Assembly (NCBI RefSeq): GCF_016888765.1
Contig: NZ_CP069423.1
Span: 110,702-142,701 of the forward strand
Source: Candidatus Karelsulcia muelleri
GTDB lineage: Bacteria > Bacteroidota > Bacteroidia > Flavobacteriales > Blattabacteriaceae
DNA: 32,000 bases
Reading direction: 5' to 3'
Shown: piece by piece, positions 18,953-27,140 of the stretch
Layout: the number at the start of each line of letters is the position of its first letter
How positions within the stretch are numbered: the stretch's first letter is position 1
Notes under the pieces: generated by a model
The model's input: the letters and a program-made list of their open reading frames with translations, nothing else
The model's database searches: none
What the model was told of the DNA's origin: nothing
Translations under genes and position numbers: made by a program

Positions 18953-19238
18953 TTTATCGCATGTTTTAAACAATGAGGAAAGTCTGGACACATAAGGGAT
19001 AACACAACGGGTAACACCCGTACATCGTGAGATGAGGACTAGTGCAACAGAAAGTATGTACAGTTGAGCTGTAGTGAAATCATGTAAACTCTGTGTTGTG
19101 AAATGCCAAATATACCAGCAGTATAGTAGTATAGTTCATCCCGGAACTATTTTGGGGGGTAGGCAGATCGAGATAAAAGGTAACTTTTATCCTAGATAAA
19201 TGATAAATTATCCTGAATCCGGCTTAGAAACATACTGT
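18941..19238 (+). ncRNA. rnpB: RNase P RNA (bacterial type A, size-reduced)
   Basis: Conserved blocks read directly: GAGGAAAGTCTGGAC (18975-18989, the conserved 5' block carrying the P4 5' strand with a bulged U), GGGTAACACCCG, AGTGCAACAGAAAG (19041-19054), CCTAGATAAATGA (19191-19203) and GAATCCGGCTTA (19215-19226, P4 3' strand). AAG-U-CUGGA pairs with UCCGGCUU. The terminal P1 stem is acagtatgtt (18941-18950) paired with aacatactgt (19229-19238), extendable to 14 bp. Ends are +/-5 nt. Confidence 0.88.
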
Positions 19239-20849
19239 TTTTAACAAATTTTTCTCTAGATTATTTAGATCTAAGAAGAACAATATTTTTGATTTTAAAT
19301 TTACTAAATTAGAAACTTTTAAGATTTTTTTTATTAGGTTACTTATTTCTAACGAAGCCAGCTTTGGTTTCGTTTCTAATTTGTAAAACTTGTATATATT
19401 TTTAGAGATTAATTTTTCAATTATTTTATCATTTTGGTAAAGATAAATATCATATAATAACCTATATACATATATTTTTTTTAAAAACTTAGGAGAAGAA
19501 GTAATTGAAATAGAATTTTCAAAACAGTTTATTTTAAACCCAAAATTATTTAAAATTTCTAGAATGTGTTTTTTAGTGGTTGAAGTCAAGAATTTATTCA
19601 ATTTAATATTTATCGGTGGGTATAATTTATAGCTTTGGTTAAGTTCTTTTTTAAAATTATACTCTAAAATTATTTTATAGACTCTATCTTTATGAAGAAT
19701 TAAAAGACCAAAATCTAAAAGACAGAATATATATTTTTTATAGATCTTATAAGGAAATTGGTTATCCAGAACTATCTTCTTAAGAACTTCTTGACAATTA
19801 TTATTTTGTTCCCGTTTTTTTTCTTCTTTATCTTTAGAGTAAAACTTAAAAATATTCTGTATGCCTAAATATTCTTTAATTATTAGATTTATATTTTTAC
19901 AAATTTCTGACTCTGATTTAATGAGTATTTTTTTTTTGGATTGACAAATATTAATTTCAATTTGTTTTGTTGGAATAGTAAGAAATAAAAAATAATTTGG
20001 TTTATTAGTTTTGCTTATTAGACCGTTATATGCTCTAATAATAGACTGGTGAATTCTTTTGTTTACTACGTATCTATTATTAACAAACAAATAATAATTC
20101 TTAAATTGAGTATTAAAAAAACTGGTAGAAGTGATATATCCTTTTATAAGAAATAATTTGTCTTTTTTAAAAACTTGGATTAAGACATTTTTATAAGCTT
20201 CGCCAAAAATTTGAAGAATTCTATATTTTAGATATGAGGTTTTAAAACTGGTAATTATCTTATTATTATGCATCATAACAAAATTAATATCAGGGTGTGA
20301 AAGAACTATCTTATTAAATTCTGAGATGATATATCTTAATTCTATATGGGCAGATTTTAAAAAGTTTTTTCTATTGGTGAAATTGTAAAATAAGTTTTTC
20401 ACATATATACTAGTACCATTTAATAAATTATTTAATAATACAGGGGGATATTTAAGCTTTTGATTTTCTAATGTTAAGAAGGCTCCAAATTCGGAGTTGT
20501 GTTTTTTAGTGTATATTTCTACCTGGCTAACTAAAGAAATATAGTATAAAGCTTCCCCTCGAAAGCCTTTAGTATTTAGTGATTTTATATCTTTAAGAGA
20601 AGATAGTTTTGAAGTATAAAATCTCCTAATACTATTTTTCGCTTCTAAATGATTCATGCCATCACCATCATCTATAACATTAATTAAATCTTTCCCACCA
20701 TTCAATAAGATTAATTTAATATTTTTTGCATGTGCATCAATTGAGTTTTCTAATAATTCTTTTACTACTGAAGCCGGTCTTTTAATTACATATCCTGCTG
20801 AAATTTTATTTGAATCTTGTGTGGGGATAATTTTAATGGTATTTTTCAT
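19224..20849 (-). CDS. mutL: DNA mismatch repair protein MutL (ATPase domain conserved, C-terminal endonuclease motifs degenerate)
   Basis: 541 aa with GHKL ATPase motifs ELLENSIDA, VIDDGDGM and KGFRGEAL. At the position of DQHA(X)2E(X)4E the C-terminal region reads HKDRVYKIILEY. No CPHGRP-like motif. Confidence 0.88.
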   Translation of the reverse strand: MKNTIKIIPTQDSNKISAGYVIKRPASVVKELLENSIDAHAKNIKLILLNGGKDLINVIDDGDGMNHLEAKNSIRRFYTSKLSSLKDIKSLNTKGFRGEALYYISLVSQVEIYTKKHNSEFGAFLTLENQKLKYPPVLLNNLLNGTSIYVKNLFYNFTNRKNFLKSAHIELRYIISEFNKIVLSHPDINFVMMHNNKIITSFKTSYLKYRILQIFGEAYKNVLIQVFKKDKLFLIKGYITSTSFFNTQFKNYYLFVNNRYVVNKRIHQSIIRAYNGLISKTNKPNYFLFLTIPTKQIEINICQSKKKILIKSESEICKNINLIIKEYLGIQNIFKFYSKDKEEKKREQNNNCQEVLKKIVLDNQFPYKIYKKYIFCLLDFGLLILHKDRVYKIILEYNFKKELNQSYKLYPPINIKLNKFLTSTTKKHILEILNNFGFKINCFENSISITSSPKFLKKIYVYRLLYDIYLYQNDKIIEKLISKNIYKFYKLETKPKLASLEISNLIKKILKVSNLVNLKSKILFFLDLNNLEKNLLKTVCF

Positions 20850-20852
20850 AAG

Positions 20853-20868
20853 AACTAACTAACTAACT
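20853..20868. repeat. (AACT)x4 microsatellite giving stop codons in all three frames on both strands
   Basis: Read directly: aact aact aact aact in the 31-nt lysS-mutL spacer. This gives TAA in three frames on + and TAG in three frames on -. Confidence 0.7.
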
Positions 20869-20880
20869 CTATAAACCAAA

Positions 20881-22347
20881 CTAAGATTTTAAACGCATTT
20901 GTGGAAAAAATAAGACCTCCTGAATATTTATTTGTTTAGTAAATAACATGATTAAACGATCAATCCCAAAGCCTATTCCAGTACAAGGAGGCATACCATA
21001 TTCTAATGACAGAATAAAGTCTTTATCTATTAACATATTTTCAGATTCAACTTTATTATATAATTTAATTTGTCTTTTAAATCTCTTTAATTGATCAATT
21101 GGATCATTTAATTCTGAATAAGAATTCGCTATTTCAACCCCATGAATTATTAATTCATATCTTTCAGATAAACCATTTTTAAAGCGATGTTTTTTAGCTA
21201 ATGGACTCATCTCAATGGGAAAATCAATTATAAAAGTTGGTTGAATAATTTTTTTTTCACATTTTTGACTGAAGATTTGATCGAGAAGTTGTCCTTTTTT
21301 CATCTTATTATCAATCTTCACATTTATTTCATTACATATTTTTCTAATTTCAGTTTCAATAAGATTCCTTAGGTCAAATCCAGTATAAATTTTAAGAGCT
21401 TCAAAAAAAGTAATTTGTTGAAATTGTAAAATAAGAGATGGTTTCCCTACTTTGGAAAATTTTAAACAAAGTTTTTTGAAAAACTTTTCAGTAAATTTCA
21501 TCATCCAATAATAATCTTTATATGCTACGTATAATTCTAGAATTGTAAATTCTGGATTATGAGTTTTATCTATTCCCTCATTTCTAAAATTTCTAGAAAA
21601 CTCATAAACTTTTTCTAAACCTCCAACTAGTAATTTTTTTAAATATAATTCATTTGAAATTCTTAAATAGAATGTACTTTTTAAGGTGTTATGATATGTA
21701 ATAAATGGTCTTGCTATAGCACCACCCGGAATAGCTTGTAAAATAGGAGTTTCAACTTCTAAATAATTTCTTTTATTTAAATAATTTCTTATAAAACTTA
21801 TAATTTTAATACGTGTTAAAAATACAGTTTTAATTTCGTCATTAACGATCAAATCAACATATTTCATTCTATGTCGTTTTTCATTATTAGAAAAAGAATC
21901 AAAAGTATTTCCCGATTTATCTGTTTTTACGTTTGGTAAAGTATGTAGACATTTAGATAATAAATTGAGTTTTTTTGCATATACAGAAATTTTGTGTTTT
22001 TTAGTTTTGAATAAATAACCTTTCACCCATATTATATCTCCGATATCTAAAAGTTTTTTGAAAAAAAAATTGTATATATTTTTTTCAGTATAAAAATTAT
22101 TTATGGATATATAAATTTGTATCAAACCTTCTTTATCTTTTATTTCAATAAAAGAAGCTTTTCCCATTATTCTAATTCTAATAATTCTACCAGCAACAAG
22201 AACCTTTTTATTTTTGTTGTAATTATTAATTATTTGTTTTGAATTTGAAGTGATTGGATATTCTTCAGAAGGATAAGGATTAATATTTATTTGGTTTAAT
22301 TTTTTAAGCTTTTTTATTCTAATCAAATTTTGTTCAGAATTTCTCAT
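20881..22347 (-). CDS. lysS: lysyl-tRNA synthetase (class II)
   Basis: 488 aa with an N-terminal OB anticodon-binding domain and class II motifs (FRNEGID, YELIIHGVEIANSYSELNDP, GIGFGIDRLIML). Confidence 0.95.
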   Translation of the reverse strand: MRNSEQNLIRIKKLKKLNQININPYPSEEYPITSNSKQIINNYNKNKKVLVAGRIIRIRIMGKASFIEIKDKEGLIQIYISINNFYTEKNIYNFFFKKLLDIGDIIWVKGYLFKTKKHKISVYAKKLNLLSKCLHTLPNVKTDKSGNTFDSFSNNEKRHRMKYVDLIVNDEIKTVFLTRIKIISFIRNYLNKRNYLEVETPILQAIPGGAIARPFITYHNTLKSTFYLRISNELYLKKLLVGGLEKVYEFSRNFRNEGIDKTHNPEFTILELYVAYKDYYWMMKFTEKFFKKLCLKFSKVGKPSLILQFQQITFFEALKIYTGFDLRNLIETEIRKICNEINVKIDNKMKKGQLLDQIFSQKCEKKIIQPTFIIDFPIEMSPLAKKHRFKNGLSERYELIIHGVEIANSYSELNDPIDQLKRFKRQIKLYNKVESENMLIDKDFILSLEYGMPPCTGIGFGIDRLIMLFTKQINIQEVLFFPQMRLKS

Positions 22348-22360
22348 TCAAATAATATTA

Positions 22361-22434
22361 AGACCTTGAAGGGAGTTGAACCCTTACTCTTCTGATCCGT
22401 AGTCAGATGCTTTATCCAATTAAGCTACAAGGCC
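22361..22434 (-). tRNA. tRNA-Arg (anticodon ACG)
   Basis: The reverse complement folds as a cloverleaf: acceptor GGCCTTG/CAAGGTC (one G-U pair), D arm GCTT-AATTGGATA-AAGC, anticodon arm TCTGA-CTACGGA-TCAGA (ACG), variable AGAGT, T arm AAGGG-TTCAACT-CCCTT. CCA is not encoded. Confidence 0.9.
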
Positions 22435-22556
22435 AAGTATAGCAAGGTAAAATGTTTCTAATATAGACTTTCATAAAAAAGAAAAAGTTAAAATACTACT
22501 TAGTAGTTAATTAGAAGGCTAGAATTAGATTTAGATATTAAGAAAGAAAGAACCCA

Positions 22557-23552
22557 ATGAAACCAATTACTAATGAGATATATTTGAAATGGTATAAAGA
22601 TATGTCGTTTTGGAGAAAATTTGAAGAAAAATGCAGATCATTATATTTAAAACAAAAAATAAGTGGTTTTCTCCATTTATATAGTGGTCAAGAAGCTATA
22701 CCTGCCGGTATTACTTATGTAATGGATCTAAAAAAAGATAATCTGATTACAGGGTATAGATGTCATATTCTTGCTTTAGCAATGGGAATAGACCCAAAAA
22801 AGGTAATGGCAGAATTATTTGGAAAAAAAACTGGAACTTCTTGTGGTTTAGGTGGATCTATGCATATATTTAGTAAAAAATCTCGATTTTATGGTGGCTA
22901 TGGAATTGTAGGTGGACAAATCCCATTAGGAGCAGGAATTGCCTTTGCTGATAAATACTTTAATAGAGAAGCAGTAACGGTGACATTTATGGGAGATGGT
23001 GCGATTTGGCAAGGTGCTTTACATGAAACCTTCAATATGTCCATGCTTTTAAAATTACCAGTAGTTTATATCTGCGAAAACAATAAATATGCAATGGGAA
23101 CTTCATTTCAAAAAAGTTCTTGTATTAAAAATATTTTCCAACTTGGATTAGCATACAATATGCCATCTCAATCAGTAGACGGCAGTAGCCCATTTAAAAT
23201 TGCTAAAGCAGTAGACAAAGCTATTAAGAGAGCGAAAAATGGAAAAGGACCTACTTTTTTAGAAATATTAACTTATAGGTATAGGGGACATTCAATGTCT
23301 GATCCTGAAAGTTATAGAACAAGAGATGAAGTAATAGCACAGAAAAAAAAGGATCCAATTTTAAAAATTAAAAACAAAATATTAGAAAGAAAACTTCTGA
23401 ATAAAAAGTTATTAAAAGCGTTGGATTTAGAATTAATAAAAAAAATAGATGAATGTGTTGTATTTGCAGAAAATTCTGATTATCCACCCCAAAAAACTAT
23501 GTATAATGTGGTTTATTCTCAAAAAAAATATCCTTTTTTAAAAGAAAAGTAA
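22557..23552 (+). CDS. pdhA: pyruvate dehydrogenase E1 component, alpha subunit
   Basis: 331 aa with the TPP-binding GDGA..QG...E..N.. region and the YRYRGHSMSDP loop typical of heterotetrameric E1 alpha. Confidence 0.9.
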   Translation: MKPITNEIYLKWYKDMSFWRKFEEKCRSLYLKQKISGFLHLYSGQEAIPAGITYVMDLKKDNLITGYRCHILALAMGIDPKKVMAELFGKKTGTSCGLGGSMHIFSKKSRFYGGYGIVGGQIPLGAGIAFADKYFNREAVTVTFMGDGAIWQGALHETFNMSMLLKLPVVYICENNKYAMGTSFQKSSCIKNIFQLGLAYNMPSQSVDGSSPFKIAKAVDKAIKRAKNGKGPTFLEILTYRYRGHSMSDPESYRTRDEVIAQKKKDPILKIKNKILERKLLNKKLLKALDLELIKKIDECVVFAENSDYPPQKTMYNVVYSQKKYPFLKEK

Positions 23553-23561
23553 CTTAAAAAA

Positions 23562-24656
23562 ATGGCAGAGATAATTTACATGCCACGTTTAAGTGATACT
23601 ATGAAAGCAGGTACAATAGTCAAATGGTATAAAAAAGTAGGAGAAAAAGTATTAAATGGAGACCTGTTAGCAGAAATAGAAACAGATAAAGCGATTCAAG
23701 AATTTGAATCCGAATATAATGCTACTTTACTTTATATCGGAGTTAAAGAAGGAGAAAAAGCAAAAGTAAATGATATATTGGCTATTATGGGTGAAAGAAA
23801 TGAAAATATAGATTATTTAATAAAGAAGAAGAAGAAGAAAAAAATTTTAGTATCCCCATTAGCAAAAAAAATAGCTTTAGAAGAAGGTATCCAATTAAAA
23901 ACTTTAAAAGGAAGTGGACCAAAAAACAGAATTGTTAAAAAAGACCTAATAAAACTTCTCAAAACAAAACAAAATAAAAAATATAATATTAAAAATATTT
24001 CTAATATAAGGAAAATCATTACTGAACGCTTATTAAAATCAAAAAAGATTTCTCCACATTATTATTTATTTCTCGAAGTTACTGCAGAGAATTTAATAAA
24101 ATTTAAAAAGTATATTAATAAAAAATATACTAGTAAAATTTCTTTTAATGATTTAATAGTGAAAGCTACTGCTTTATCACTTAAAAAAAATAAAACCATA
24201 AATTCTTCATTGAAGAAAGAAAGGATTATATATCACCAAGATATTAATATAGGTATTGCCGTTTCCTTACCAGAAGGACTAATTGTACCGGTAATAAATA
24301 ACGTTGAAAAAAAATCTTTCATAAAAATTTCAAAAGAAATAAAAGAAAAAATAGAAAGATATAGAAATAGAAAAATTACTAAAACAGACCTCGAAGGAAG
24401 TACTTTTACAATTTCTAATTTAGGGATGTTTGGGATAGATTGTTTTACTTCTATAATAAATCAACCTAATTCGAGTATTTTATCAGTAGGAAGTATTCAA
24501 AGAAAACCTATAATTGATAAAAACAAAATAAAAATAGGAAATACTATAAAATTTACTTTAGCTTGTGATCATAGAATTATAGATGGTGCAGTAGGTAGTA
24601 CCTTTTTACTTACTTTAAAAGAATACTTGTTAGAACCAATAACTATGTTAATTTAG
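23562..24656 (+). CDS. pdhC: dihydrolipoamide acetyltransferase (E2) of the pyruvate dehydrogenase complex
   Basis: Single lipoyl domain (LAEIETDKA), poly-Lys linker, E3/E1-binding domain (VSPLAKKIALEEGI.L..LKGSGP..RI.K.D) and catalytic domain (GSTFTISNLGMFG, DHRIIDGA). Confidence 0.9.
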   Translation: MAEIIYMPRLSDTMKAGTIVKWYKKVGEKVLNGDLLAEIETDKAIQEFESEYNATLLYIGVKEGEKAKVNDILAIMGERNENIDYLIKKKKKKKILVSPLAKKIALEEGIQLKTLKGSGPKNRIVKKDLIKLLKTKQNKKYNIKNISNIRKIITERLLKSKKISPHYYLFLEVTAENLIKFKKYINKKYTSKISFNDLIVKATALSLKKNKTINSSLKKERIIYHQDINIGIAVSLPEGLIVPVINNVEKKSFIKISKEIKEKIERYRNRKITKTDLEGSTFTISNLGMFGIDCFTSIINQPNSSILSVGSIQRKPIIDKNKIKIGNTIKFTLACDHRIIDGAVGSTFLLTLKEYLLEPITMLI

Positions 24657-25078
24657 AAGTTTTTAGGAATCTGTTTTAAGAACTCTATGCCATCATTTTT
24701 AAATTCGAAAATAATTGTTTTAATTCCATTTGTAAGAACGAGATATTGGCTTTTGAATCTCAAATAATATTTCATTATTTGATCAAAAGATTTAGATGAA
24801 ATCTTTACTTCAGGAGATTTACATTCAACTATCAGAAATGGTCTGTTTTTTTTAATAACTAGAATATCTAGCCGATTTTTAATATTATAAAAAGTTGAAT
24901 TGAATTCGACATATATTTCCTGAACCTTATAGCCTCTATTTTTTATTAGATAATAAATTATCTTTTGTCTCACTAATTCTTCTTTAGTTAAAAGATAATA
25001 TTTTTTTCTAATTAAGCAAAAAACGTACCTTTTCCCATTAAATGTTTTTAGCTTATTTTTTAGCTTAAATTTATTCAA
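24653..25078 (-). CDS. HsdR_N-like (type I restriction enzyme R N-terminal / PD-(D/E)xK-like) domain protein
   Basis: The core LTKEELVRQKIIYYLIKNRGY....I.VE......NRLDILVI.KNRPFLIVECKSPEVKIS...FDQI.KY......YLVLTNG resembles the small conserved protein found next to holA in Flavobacteriia (family recalled from memory). The track ORF (to 25288) has no internal ATG before this homologous core and overlaps holA antisense. I place the start at TTG 25078 (MNKFKLKNK...). Confidence 0.6.
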   Translation of the reverse strand: MNKFKLKNKLKTFNGKRYVFCLIRKKYYLLTKEELVRQKIIYYLIKNRGYKVQEIYVEFNSTFYNIKNRLDILVIKKNRPFLIVECKSPEVKISSKSFDQIMKYYLRFKSQYLVLTNGIKTIIFEFKNDGIEFLKQIPKNF

Positions 25079-25109
25079 TATATTGTAATTTGTAATTTCT
25101 TGTTTTATT

Positions 25110-25961
25110 ATGATTACAAATCTTAAAATTAAAGAAATTAAACCAATTTCTATTTTTATAGGTGAAGAAGAATATCTTATAAAAGAATATATAGAAGAGA
25201 TAGAGAAGCTTTTAAAGCACAGGAGAAAAAAATATTCTAAAGCTATTATAGAAATAAAAGAAAAAATAGAAAGATATAGAATAACCAATATTTTAGAACA
25301 ACTTTACACTCTTACTCTTATTAAAGAATATAAGTTAATTATTATTAAAAATTCGCAATATCTAAGCTTAGATAACTTAGAAAAATTACTAAAACAGACC
25401 TCGAAAAGAAATATTTTAATTTTTTGTATTAATTTCGTAATTCCCTCACGTAATTTAGAATTTTATAATTGTCTTAAACAAAAAACAAATAACAACATAG
25501 AAATTCTAAATAATAAAAAATTAACTTTTGGGGAAATTTTTTATTTAGTAAAAAGAAAAATAAAAAAAATAGGATTAAAGATAAATGAAATAACAGTAAA
25601 AAAACTGATACAATCTGTTGATTGTAACTTATTTATGCTCGAAAATGAGTTAAACAAATTCCAAATAAGATTTAATACTGCTACTGCTAATAAGAAGAAT
25701 ACTGAATGGAAAATGATTTTAAATCTGCTTGAAAGACACCCCCTAACTTTAATATTAAATAAAATATATAAACTATACTTAGACAAATTTATGAATTATA
25801 ATAATAATGAAGAAAAATTTAAGAAAATAGCTAATTTAGTTTTTCTACTAAAAGAAGCCGATAAAAAAAATAAAAGCTATTTTTTAAAAAAGGAAGAAAT
25901 AATGAAAGAACTAATTTATAAAATATGTCAAATAGAGAAAGAGAAAGCTTTGATTGTATAA
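25110..25961 (+). CDS. holA: DNA polymerase III delta subunit
   Basis: 283 aa. IKPISIFIGEEEYLIKEYIEEI and KLIIIKNSQYL......L...L......ILIF are collinear with HolA N-terminal domain patterns. Weak overall conservation, so the call rests on these patterns and on length. Confidence 0.72.
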   Translation: MITNLKIKEIKPISIFIGEEEYLIKEYIEEIEKLLKHRRKKYSKAIIEIKEKIERYRITNILEQLYTLTLIKEYKLIIIKNSQYLSLDNLEKLLKQTSKRNILIFCINFVIPSRNLEFYNCLKQKTNNNIEILNNKKLTFGEIFYLVKRKIKKIGLKINEITVKKLIQSVDCNLFMLENELNKFQIRFNTATANKKNTEWKMILNLLERHPLTLILNKIYKLYLDKFMNYNNNEEKFKKIANLVFLLKEADKKNKSYFLKKEEIMKELIYKICQIEKEKALIV

Positions 25962-26869
25962 TTATAGGCAGTGGTCCGGCAGGATATACAGCAGCAATTT
26001 ATTTAGCTCGTGCAGAAAGAAAACACATTCTTTTTACGGGCTTTAAACCAGGTGGACAATTGATATCAACTAATAAAGTAGAAAATTATCCTGGTTTTCC
26101 TAATGGAGTATCTGGTTACAAATTAATGGAAGCTTTTAAAGCACAAAGCGAAAGATTCGGCACTAAAGTAAAAGATAATAGTGTAGTAAAAATTAATTTT
26201 AATATAATAAAAAATTTGCATGAAGTTATCTTAGATAATTATTTAAAAATAAAAACCAAAGCGCTAATTATAGCAACTGGAGCTTCTCCTAGATATTTAA
26301 ATATTGAGAATGAAAATCAATTAATAGGAAAGGGTATTTCTACCTGTGCCAATTGTGATGGCTTTTTTTTTAAAGGGAAAAAAGTAGCAGTAATTGGTGG
26401 CGGTGACAAAGCAGCAGAAGAATCTATTTATTTATCTAATCTTTGTAAAAAAGTATATCTAATAATAAGAGATAAAAAAATGAAAGCTTCAAAAATAATG
26501 CAAAAAAAAGTTTTAAACATTAAAAATGTTGAAATATTTTATGCTCATAAAGTTATAAAACTAATTGGAGTAAAAAAACTAAAAGCTATTGTTTGTAAAA
26601 ACAGAAAACATAATAATAATTCCTTATTTAAGGTGGCAGCTATGTTTTTAGCTATTGGGCAAATTCCAAATAGTCTTATTTGTAAACCAACTCTAAAATT
26701 AGATAAATCTGGATATATAATTACAAAATATACAATTACTAATATTCCTGGAATATTTGCAGCAGGAGATGTACAAGACTCAAGATATCGACAGGCTATC
26801 ACCTCGGCTGGATCAGGTTGTATGTCTGCAATAGAGGTAGAAAAATACCTTCAAGAAAAAGCAGATTAG
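25925..26869 (+). CDS. trxB: thioredoxin-disulfide reductase
   Basis: FDCIIIGSGPAGYTAAIY (FAD-binding), redox-active CANCDG, GGGDKAAEE (NADPH-binding) and GIFAAGDVQD..YRQAITSAGSGCMSA. Confidence 0.94.
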   Translation: MSNRERESFDCIIIGSGPAGYTAAIYLARAERKHILFTGFKPGGQLISTNKVENYPGFPNGVSGYKLMEAFKAQSERFGTKVKDNSVVKINFNIIKNLHEVILDNYLKIKTKALIIATGASPRYLNIENENQLIGKGISTCANCDGFFFKGKKVAVIGGGDKAAEESIYLSNLCKKVYLIIRDKKMKASKIMQKKVLNIKNVEIFYAHKVIKLIGVKKLKAIVCKNRKHNNNSLFKVAAMFLAIGQIPNSLICKPTLKLDKSGYIITKYTITNIPGIFAAGDVQDSRYRQAITSAGSGCMSAIEVEKYLQEKAD

Positions 26870-26886
26870 ATACTTTGATCAGCCGT

Positions 26887-26917
26887 CTTTGGACTTATTT
26901 CCAGTCTGAAGTATTTT
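26887..26917 (+). terminator. candidate intrinsic terminator of trxB
   Basis: Starts 18 nt after the trxB TAG. A 9-bp stem CTTTGGACT / AGTCTGAAG (two G-U pairs that work only in the + strand RNA), loop TATTTCC, then TATTTT. Function unproven. Confidence 0.35.
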
Positions 26918-27140
26918 CCAAATAGCTAATTAAAGTAGCAGTTTTAATTAAGAAGTATTTCTTAAAACAGATTTCTTTATTTCAGGGGTTGAACTAGAAG
27001 GTTCGAGGAATTATATCCTAATTATTAAAATATTATTTTTTAATTATTATTTATATAAGAATATAAAATATATAGAAATAATTCTGAGAATAATATAAAA
27101 TATCAAGAAACAATTGTAAATAACCTTTTTTTCTTTCATT

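Noticed and set aside
18784-19017. A 77-aa minus-strand ORF spanning the rsmH 3' end and the 5' third of the rnpB region.
   Set aside because: It covers the conserved RNase P GAGGAAAGTCTGGAC block and the rsmH coding sequence. It is explained by those two features and has no protein-like signature.
22495-22507. Perfect 6+1+6 palindrome ACTACT-T-AGTAGT about 50 nt upstream of pdhA, considered as a candidate operator. The nearby ttagat-ttagat direct repeat was considered with it.
   Set aside because: Short palindromes and repeats of this size are expected by chance in AT-rich spacers. There is no second copy and no regulator gene in view.
22557-24656. Absence of the E1 beta gene (pdhB) between pdhA and pdhC as a possible loss.
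   Set aside because: As far as I recall, pdhA-pdhC adjacency with pdhB elsewhere is the normal arrangement in Flavobacteriia. This window gives no evidence of loss.
27060-27103. The 12-mer aatataaaatat repeated at 27060 and 27092 in the A/T-only half of the trxB-ilvC spacer.
   Set aside because: This is low-complexity A/T sequence. Repeats of this kind are plausible by chance, and no associated structure or ORF is present.
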